Shown: positions 25,791 through 32,456 of the stretch, piece by piece
Layout: each line of letters begins with the position of its first letter
Numbering within the stretch: position 1 is the first letter of the stretch
Assembly: GCA_028876035.1 (NCBI GenBank)
Contig: JAGWTK010000001.1
Location: 1-41,165 of the forward strand
Reading direction: 5' to 3'
Length of the DNA: 41,165 nt
Source: Bacteroidota bacterium
GTDB taxonomy: Bacteria > Bacteroidota > Bacteroidia > Chitinophagales > Chitinophagaceae
Position numbers and translations under genes: made by a program
Notes under the pieces: generated by a model
Databases searched by the model: none
What the model was told of the DNA's origin: nothing
The model's input: the letters and a program-made list of their open reading frames with translations, nothing else

Positions 25791-25817
25791 AAAAAAACGG
25801 CGCCTTACGGGGCGCCG
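25791..25817 (-). terminator. intrinsic terminator between convergent genes (strong on minus strand, weaker on plus)
   Basis: Stem cggcgcc (25798-25804) / ggcgccg (25811-25817), loop ttacgg. The A7 run at 25791-25797 becomes a T7 tract for the minus-strand OmpA-like gene, whose stop is at 25848. Confidence 0.6.
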
Positions 25818-25847
25818 CCTTATTTATGCTGATGTAATTGTTGTTGA

Positions 25848-26906
25848 CTACGGATTCTTTGTGCCAGTTGCCTGTGCGGCTGGTGCTTCGCTCATGGTCT
25901 TATAAAAATTATCCATATCGGGTGCCAGTACTACCTGCACACCTTTGTCACCGCTACCGCTGGCAGACATAGATTCATTCTGTGCAACCACTTTAACTTT
26001 AGGAAGACCAGTGGCAAGAAGCGCATTGGCTACTGCATTCTGACGCTGCCATGCCATTGCCTTGCGTGCACGTGCACTGGTAATTGCTGATGACTTCCGT
26101 TTACCTGAAGAATAAGCTGTTGAACGCGTTTCCCTGCTACCAGAAGATTTGGCGGTGCTGCGACTGGCAGATGACTTGTGCGTCGTTGCACTGCGTTTGG
26201 TAGAATAAGAACGCATGCGGGTATGATTAGCACTGGACGATGCACGGCTACCGGTGGTATTGGTAACCGTATTATCGTTATCAGAGGGGTTGCCGCTTCG
26301 GGCAGTGTTGTTCGTATTAGATGAAGAGGAACTGCTGTTCATGTCGCTGCCGGAAGACATCCCTGACGCCGTCATCGTTCCGTTTGCGGTTTCCAGATCG
26401 GCCACACTTACATCAATACCTTCCCGACCTTTTACATATTCGCCAATGCTGTTTACCAGTTCCTTTCCTTTTGTGGTGAGCACGGCTGAATTTCCTTTGA
26501 AGAGATTTTTCTCGTTCAAATTAATCATCACCTTCGCATCGGTCTGCGCGATGTCCTGATCACTTAGTCCGGCAGAAGCCAGCGTAGTACTCAACTCACC
26601 TTTGATTTGATCAGCAGTGGTTTTTGCCTTGTTTACATTGTCGGAATAGAAAGCGACATTCTTTTGCAAACTCGCATTGGTGTTATTCGCCGTTTCGATC
26701 GACTGCTGCAGTTCCGAATTTTTTTGGTTAACTGCATTGAGGTTTTGCGTTAACGTGCTGTCTTTTTGTGCGAGTGTAGTACTGTCTGTTCTGAGCCTTG
26801 CTACTTCATCCTGCGACCTATGGTATTTTTTAGAAGAGACGCAGCTGGTGAGCAATATGCCCGCGGACAGGATGGCACCCGCCGTTTGCATAGTTGTTGT
26901 TTTCAT
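25848..26906 (-). CDS. lipoprotein with coiled-coil region and a degenerate OmpA-like C-terminal domain split by a Ser/Thr/Asn-rich insert
   Basis: The ORF extends to 26948. ATG 26906 gives MKTTTMQTAGAILSAGILLTSC (lipobox). LFKGNSAVLTTKGKELVNSIGEYV and AWQRQNAVANALLATGLP resemble OmpA-domain segments. They are separated by a ~110-aa low-complexity stretch (SSGSDMNSSSSSSNTNN...SSASRSTAKSSGS). Confidence 0.6.
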   Translation of the reverse strand: MKTTTMQTAGAILSAGILLTSCVSSKKYHRSQDEVARLRTDSTTLAQKDSTLTQNLNAVNQKNSELQQSIETANNTNASLQKNVAFYSDNVNKAKTTADQIKGELSTTLASAGLSDQDIAQTDAKVMINLNEKNLFKGNSAVLTTKGKELVNSIGEYVKGREGIDVSVADLETANGTMTASGMSSGSDMNSSSSSSNTNNTARSGNPSDNDNTVTNTTGSRASSSANHTRMRSYSTKRSATTHKSSASRSTAKSSGSRETRSTAYSSGKRKSSAITSARARKAMAWQRQNAVANALLATGLPKVKVVAQNESMSASGSGDKGVQVVLAPDMDNFYKTMSEAPAAQATGTKNP

Positions 26907-27062
26907 GGTTTTACATTTTAGAAACTGTATTTGACAAGAGATTTTCAACCTGTCTGTTTCAATTTTGCGGCCATGAACATTTTAGCGGATTTCGGGCTAA
27001 TGCTGAGTAAGAAAATTCCGTTTTCGGTGAAATTTTGAGGAACTGGATGCACATCAGGGCAC

Positions 27063-27087
27063 AAAAAAAGCGGCTTGCGGCCGCTTT
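27063..27087 (-). terminator. intrinsic terminator after the DUF1080 tandem
   Basis: Stem aaagcggc (27067-27074) / gccgcttt (27080-27087), loop ttgcg. The A-run at 27063-27069 gives a T-tract on the minus strand. It lies 18 nt downstream of the stop at 27105. Confidence 0.5.
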
Positions 27088-27104
27088 AACAGTTGAATTT
27101 TTAG

Positions 27105-27869
27105 TTATAGTTCTCTTAACCAAATATTGCGGTAACTGATGGGCTCGCTCTTGTCGCCATGTGCCTGTAGCTTGATGGGTGAAGCGCCATGCTTTTTATA
27201 TTCCGGTGCACCGATATAGGGCGTATCACCTTTTAACACCGCATTGTTCTGAACAAGAACACCATTGAGCATCACTGTAGCCCTGGCTGCTGACAACAGT
27301 GTGCCATCTTCATTAAATCGCGGTGCGGTCCAGATAATATCATAGGTCTGCCATTCACCCGGCTTCCGGCAGGCATTCACCAATGGCGGATATTGTTTGT
27401 ACAGGCTTCCTGCCTGTCCGTTCACATACGTGGTGTTTTTGTAATTGTCGAGCACCTGCACTTCATACCCACCGGCTCCCCAGGGCAGGGCTGCAAGAAA
27501 AATTCCACTGTTACCACGGGCCTGCCCGCTTCCGGTAATATAAGAGGGAATCTGGTATTCAATATGCAGCTGGTAATCCATGAAACGCCTTTTCGTTTGC
27601 ATGTCGCCGTTAGCTTTGTTAACCGTCATCACACCTTTTGCCACCGTCCATTTTGAGGTGGAACTGGTGTCCTTTGTGGGCACCCATTCATCCATATTCT
27701 TACCATCAAAAAGAACAATCGCGTCGGAGGGTGGCTTGCCGTAGGCTGCGCCTGGGGTCACTACTTTTGGAACGGGTGAATAATACTCGGTTTCTTCCGG
27801 TTTTGTTTGGGAAAACAGGGCTGTAGCCCACAGGGAGGCGGCAGCACGCATAAAACAAGATCTGTTCAT
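27105..27869 (-). CDS. DUF1080 / 3-keto-disaccharide hydrolase family protein, secreted
   Basis: The ORF extends to 27905. ATG 27869 gives MNRSCFMRAAASLWATALFSQ (signal peptide). Carries LFDGKNMDEW...GQARGNSGIFL...KLQAHGDKSEPISYRNIWLREL. Confidence 0.85.
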   Translation of the reverse strand: MNRSCFMRAAASLWATALFSQTKPEETEYYSPVPKVVTPGAAYGKPPSDAIVLFDGKNMDEWVPTKDTSSTSKWTVAKGVMTVNKANGDMQTKRRFMDYQLHIEYQIPSYITGSGQARGNSGIFLAALPWGAGGYEVQVLDNYKNTTYVNGQAGSLYKQYPPLVNACRKPGEWQTYDIIWTAPRFNEDGTLLSAARATVMLNGVLVQNNAVLKGDTPYIGAPEYKKHGASPIKLQAHGDKSEPISYRNIWLREL

Positions 27870-27948
27870 AAATAGACGTTGGTGGGTTGATATAAAAAGA
27901 GACACCGAAGGGTGCCTCTCAAATTAGGTAAAATTTTCCTGTAGCAGC

Positions 27949-28719
27949 TTATAGTTCCCTTACCCAGATATTCCGGAAACTAATCGGTTCGCTCTTATCG
28001 CCATGGGCCTGCAATTTAATCGGAGCGGGTCCATGCGCTTTGTATTGTGGCGTACCGATGTATACTGTCTTTCCCTTCAGTTCGGTGTGGTTTTGCAAGA
28101 GTACACCGTTGTGGATGACCGTTACATAGGCCGCCGACTTCAGCGTACCATCTGAATTAAACCTTGGAGCCGTCCAGATGATATCGTACACCTGCCATTC
28201 GCCGGGCTTTTTGCAGGCATTCGCCAGTGGTATCGATTGTTTGTAGATGCTGCCGGTTTGGCCATTCACATACGTACTGTTGTTGTAACAGTCGAGCACC
28301 TGGATTTCGTAACCATCATCGCCAGGCCCGGTAGAAGCCAGAAACACACCGCTGTTACCACGTGCCTGTCCGCTTCCCGTGATGTTCTCCGGGATCTTCC
28401 ATTCGATATGTAACTGGTAATCTGTAAAGCTCTTCTTCGTTTGAATATTACCGGTAGTCTTATCCACCGTCATCACGCCGTCTGCCACTTTCCATCCGGC
28501 TGGGCTACCCGGCTTATTCACCGATTCCCATTGATCCAGGTTTTTACCATCGAACAAAACCACGGCATCTGAAGGTGCATCCGCCGTTGAATTACCCGGT
28601 GTTACTACTTTCGGAACGGGAGAATATACTTCCGTTGCTTTAGGGTCGCCCTGTGGCTGTTGTGCATAGCTGGCAGCTGCCATCATAGTAGCAGCGAATA
28701 ATAAACTTGTTCTTTTCAT
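27949..28719 (-). CDS. DUF1080 / 3-keto-disaccharide hydrolase family protein, secreted (tandem paralog)
   Basis: 256 aa with signal peptide MKRTSLLFAATMMAAASYAQ. It is collinear with 27105..27869 (LFDGKNLDQW...GQARGNSGVFL...KLQAHGDKSEPISFRNIWVREL). Confidence 0.85.
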   Translation of the reverse strand: MKRTSLLFAATMMAAASYAQQPQGDPKATEVYSPVPKVVTPGNSTADAPSDAVVLFDGKNLDQWESVNKPGSPAGWKVADGVMTVDKTTGNIQTKKSFTDYQLHIEWKIPENITGSGQARGNSGVFLASTGPGDDGYEIQVLDCYNNSTYVNGQTGSIYKQSIPLANACKKPGEWQVYDIIWTAPRFNSDGTLKSAAYVTVIHNGVLLQNHTELKGKTVYIGTPQYKAHGPAPIKLQAHGDKSEPISFRNIWVREL

Positions 28720-28739
28720 ATCCTTCGTTTTCTTTTCGG

Positions 28740-30071
28740 TTATACGGTAGGTAATTTGTACCCGTTGTGGTATTCTTTCAGCAGGTATTGTTTGTTGATT
28801 GCTTCATCGGTGAAACGTTCTTTGGTTTTATCCCACACCAGCTTTTTACCACTGCGGAAGGCGATATTGCCCATTTGCGCAACGGTGGCCACATGAGCAC
28901 CTGCCTGGATAGAGCAATGCAAATCTTCTGTCTTCCTTGATTTAACCACACTTACAAAGTTTTCCCAGTGCTTATCAAGGCCGTTATCAGAAGGTGCTGC
29001 AAAGGGCTTGCTCACCTTGTTCTTACTTTGTTTTTCCTCGATCACTTCCCAGCCACCACGGTTCAGCACCAGGGTGCCATTGTTGCCAATGAATGCAATA
29101 CCATGGTCGCGGCCGTACGAGCCGTTATCAATACCCATCGCTGAATCCCATACCAGGTTGAAGCCATCGAATTCATACAGCGTTGTAAGTGTATCCGGTG
29201 TTTCTTCGTACAAATCGGGATACGCGAAGCGCCCGCCCAGTGCAGCCACCGATTTTGGAATCGGCGACTTCATACCCAGCAGGCCATAGTCGAGCAGGTG
29301 CACACCCCAGTCGGTCATCAATCCGCCGGCATAATCCCAGAACCAGCGGAAATTGAAATGGAAGCGGCTCGAATTAAACGGTCGGATCGGCGCAGGTCCC
29401 AGCCACTGTTTGTAATCTACGCCTTCGGGCGGCGCACTGTCTGCTACTACCGGACCGGGTTTCATCCAGCCCTGGTAGCACCAAACCTTTACGGTGCGGA
29501 TATTTCCGAGCTGACCTGTTTGCACAAAATCCACCGCGTCCCTGAAGTGCTGCTGACTGCGTTGCCACTGGCCGGCCTGCACTACTTTTTTATAGCGTTG
29601 CTGCGCTGCCACCATGCGACGGCATTCTTCAATTGAATTGCCAACAGGTTTTTCTACATATACATCTTTCCCCGCTTCGCAGGCGTGGATCATGATGAGT
29701 GCATGCCAGTGATCGGGTGTACCGATTATCACCGCATCGATATCTTTTTGCGCCAGCAATTTTCTGTAATCATCATAGGTCTTTATGCCACTGGTGGAAA
29801 CGCCTGCCTTGCTCAACTCTCCCAGGCGGTTTGCGATAACCGATTTGTCGACATCGCAAACAGCAACTAGGTTTACGCCGGGGACTTTCATGGCGGCTTT
29901 CACATTGGCCCAGCCCATTCCATTAATGCCAATCGCACCAATATTCAATTGGTCGGAAGGCATAATCCGGTTTTTGAAATAGGCAAAAGCCTGGTTATCG
30001 AAAGCAGAAGCAAGCGCGCCAGCACCCAGCAATACCGACGATTGTTGAAGAAACTTTTTTCTTGAGTTCAT
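28740..30071 (-). CDS. Gfo/Idh/MocA family oxidoreductase with TAT-type signal
   Basis: 443 aa. N-terminus MNSRKKFLQQSSVLLGAGALASAFDNQAFA. Rossmann segment LNIGAIGINGMG. EKP motif DVYVEKPVGN. Confidence 0.9.
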   Translation of the reverse strand: MNSRKKFLQQSSVLLGAGALASAFDNQAFAYFKNRIMPSDQLNIGAIGINGMGWANVKAAMKVPGVNLVAVCDVDKSVIANRLGELSKAGVSTSGIKTYDDYRKLLAQKDIDAVIIGTPDHWHALIMIHACEAGKDVYVEKPVGNSIEECRRMVAAQQRYKKVVQAGQWQRSQQHFRDAVDFVQTGQLGNIRTVKVWCYQGWMKPGPVVADSAPPEGVDYKQWLGPAPIRPFNSSRFHFNFRWFWDYAGGLMTDWGVHLLDYGLLGMKSPIPKSVAALGGRFAYPDLYEETPDTLTTLYEFDGFNLVWDSAMGIDNGSYGRDHGIAFIGNNGTLVLNRGGWEVIEEKQSKNKVSKPFAAPSDNGLDKHWENFVSVVKSRKTEDLHCSIQAGAHVATVAQMGNIAFRSGKKLVWDKTKERFTDEAINKQYLLKEYHNGYKLPTV

Positions 30072-30077
30072 AGCAGG

Positions 30078-30971
30078 TTATTTAAGCAGGTTTTTTTTCA
30101 TGTAGGCAGCACTTGTTTTGATGCAGTCGAACACCGGGTGACGGTATTGCTCCTGCTCAACAAATACATAGTCAACTCCTGCCCTGGCCTGGTGTTTAAA
30201 AATCGACTTCCAGTCGATCACCCCATTGCCCACTTCGCAGGTTTGTCCTTTGGGTTTACCTTGTGTTTCTTTCTCCATGTCTTTGATATGCCACATCGCA
30301 AACCGGCCGGGATATTTGTTGAACCAGGTGGCGGGATCCTGCCCGGCATACACCACCCAGTAAATATCCATTTCGAATTTCACCAGGTTAGGATCGGTAT
30401 TCTTCAGCAGGTAATCATATACCGTTGCGCCGTCCATCGGCTCGAATTCAAAATTATGGTTGTGGTAACCAGTGATCAGTCCGGCTGACTTGCTCAGTTC
30501 ACCGCCTTTGTTCAGTCGCTCTGCAATGCGTTTGAAATCATCCGGCGTCCTGTGTTTGTCATCCATATACGGGATCACGACGTATTTATGTCCCAGCGTA
30601 TGCGCATCTTCCAGTAAACGCTTCCAGCTGTCCCAGTTATAATCTGCCCCGTAGGTCATATCTGCAATACCATAGTGGCCACTGGGTGTAGCGAGGCCAT
30701 GCTTTTTGAGGATAGCGGAGAATTCCTTCACGGATTTACCGAAGAAGGTACGGTCTGCACTGTTGTAACCATACAATTCAAGGGTGCGATAGCCCGCGGA
30801 TGCCACCTGCCCGATAGTCGCACTGAGGTCTTTGGTTTTTGCAATTTCGTCGCGGATAGTGTAAAGCTGGAGACCAAGGTCTTTGTGCATTTTAAACAGG
30901 CCTTTGGTATCAACCATGAGCGCGGCAGCAAATACGGAGCTCTGCCGGATAAATGTTCTGCGGTTAAGCAT
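30078..30971 (-). CDS. TAT-exported sugar phosphate isomerase/epimerase-type TIM-barrel protein
   Basis: 297 aa. Twin-arginine signal MLNRRTFIRQSSVFAAALMV. Carries GYHNHNFEF, FEMDIYW and MWHIKDM, typical of the fold. It ends 6 nt upstream of the Gfo gene. Confidence 0.85.
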   Translation of the reverse strand: MLNRRTFIRQSSVFAAALMVDTKGLFKMHKDLGLQLYTIRDEIAKTKDLSATIGQVASAGYRTLELYGYNSADRTFFGKSVKEFSAILKKHGLATPSGHYGIADMTYGADYNWDSWKRLLEDAHTLGHKYVVIPYMDDKHRTPDDFKRIAERLNKGGELSKSAGLITGYHNHNFEFEPMDGATVYDYLLKNTDPNLVKFEMDIYWVVYAGQDPATWFNKYPGRFAMWHIKDMEKETQGKPKGQTCEVGNGVIDWKSIFKHQARAGVDYVFVEQEQYRHPVFDCIKTSAAYMKKNLLK

Positions 30972-31123
30972 GACAAGCTGGTTTTAGAATGATAGTTCGA
31001 TTGGGTGGGTAAATTACGAAAATTTGATACGCCAGCAGGGATTTAACATCGTTTAAATGTTTGCCGTTCGGGGTCTTAATTGTATGTTTGACGCATCACG
31101 AAACACAGCGCTGGTAACCTTCT

Positions 31124-31744
31124 ATGTCTCTCGCCGATACCATAAAGTCGAACCCCGGGCTTAAGAAACTCAGCCTCTGGATGATTAGTTCCGGCAACGG
31201 CGTGCGCCCGCGCTGGTGGGTCCGCACTTTCGTAAATCCTTTCTATCACAAACGGGGCAAAAACACGCGTTTTTTTCGCAGGGCAAGAATCGATACCATG
31301 CCTTTCAACGTATTTGAAACGGGGAATGATGTGACCATTGAAGATTTCACATTTGTTAATAACGGTGTCGGACCGGTGAAAATTGGTGACGGTGCTTTTA
31401 TCGGTGCGATGAATGTAGTGATTGGGCCGGTTACCATTGGCAATCATGTTATGACCGCACAACATGTGGTCATGAGCGGGCTTAACCATGGATTCAGCGA
31501 TGTTACCGTTGCGTTCCGGTACCAACCCTGCACCACACATCCCATTTCAATTGGCGAAGGCACCTGGATCGGGGCAAACAGTGTTGTAACCGGCGGTGTA
31601 ACCATCGGCAAGTATTGCGTCATTGCTGCGGGCAGCGTAGTCACTAAAGACGTGCCTGACTATAGCATTGCCGCCGGCAACCCGGCGAGGGTGATTAAGC
31701 AGTTTAATCACGACACGAAGCAGTGGGAGCGAATAGGAATTTAA
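31124..31744 (+). CDS. hexapeptide-repeat (left-handed beta-helix) acyl/acetyltransferase
   Basis: 206 aa. Hexapeptide runs IGDGAFIGAMNVVIGPVTIGNHV and IGEGTWIGANSVVTGGVTIGKYCVIAAGSVVTKDVPDYSIAAGNPARVI. Confidence 0.8.
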   Translation: MSLADTIKSNPGLKKLSLWMISSGNGVRPRWWVRTFVNPFYHKRGKNTRFFRRARIDTMPFNVFETGNDVTIEDFTFVNNGVGPVKIGDGAFIGAMNVVIGPVTIGNHVMTAQHVVMSGLNHGFSDVTVAFRYQPCTTHPISIGEGTWIGANSVVTGGVTIGKYCVIAAGSVVTKDVPDYSIAAGNPARVIKQFNHDTKQWERIGI

Positions 31745-31793
31745 GATATAAGATATTTTGATTTGAGATATACAGGTATCGCTGATGGCTGAT
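31741..31793 (+). repeat. 53-bp element, left copy of an inverted pair (internally heptad-structured)
   Basis: ttaagatataagatattttgatttgagatatacaggtatcgctgatggctgat. It matches the reverse complement of 35386-35438 at 47 of 53 positions and overlaps the acetyltransferase stop codon (31742-31744). Confidence 0.85.
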
Positions 31794-31852
31794 GGGGTCA
31801 TCGCTGATTTCCAAAATGCAGGCGCATTTTCGTGGACGACCCCGCAGAGAGG

Positions 31853-31888
31853 CATCTGCACATCTGCACATTTACACATTTGCACATT
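31853..31888. repeat. octamer tandem repeat abutting the ArsC-family start codon
   Basis: catctgca|catctgca|catttaca|catttgca|catt, followed directly by ATG 31889. Confidence 0.8.
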
Positions 31889-32242
31889 ATGAAGAAGATG
31901 TACCACCTCGCCACCTGCACCACCTGCCAGGCGATTATCAAAGAAACCGGCGCAGCTACAAAAAACCTGGAGATGCAGGACATCAAAACCGAAGCAATAA
32001 CACCGACGCAACTGGATGAAATGAAAAAGATGGCGGGGAGTTACGAAGCGTTGTTCAGCCGGCGCGCGCTTAAATACAAGGAGTTGGGCTTAAAAGACAA
32101 GCAACTCAGCGAACAGGATTATCGCAACTATATCCTTTCCGAATATACTTTCCTCAAACGGCCTGTCACCATCCTGAACAAACAAATTTTCGTAGGCAAT
32201 GACAAGAAAACAGTTGCAGCATTAAAGCAGGCGCTCGGGTAG
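31889..32242 (+). CDS. ArsC/Spx/MgsR family protein
   Basis: The ORF opens at GTG 31832, but its first 19 codons translate an octamer repeat. ATG 31889 gives MKKMYHLATCTTCQAIIKE... . The protein is ~117 aa with FSRRALKYKELGL and FLKRPV, typical of the family. Confidence 0.8.
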   Translation: MKKMYHLATCTTCQAIIKETGAATKNLEMQDIKTEAITPTQLDEMKKMAGSYEALFSRRALKYKELGLKDKQLSEQDYRNYILSEYTFLKRPVTILNKQIFVGNDKKTVAALKQALG

Positions 32243-32456
32243 ATTTCCTGGTCGGCAGAAAACCTGCTTTCACCGACAAATGACGCTCCCGCCGGCCGGC
32301 AGACTTACTTTAGAAGGCGAAAACCACATTGGCAGCCCAAACCCTTTCGGGTACGTATCCGTTATGGATAGTGTTACTGTGAAAATGTTGGGAATGGCTG
32401 ATAGCAGAACCCGGCCCGATTAATTGAGGTCCGGATGCTCATCAATAGGATGATGT

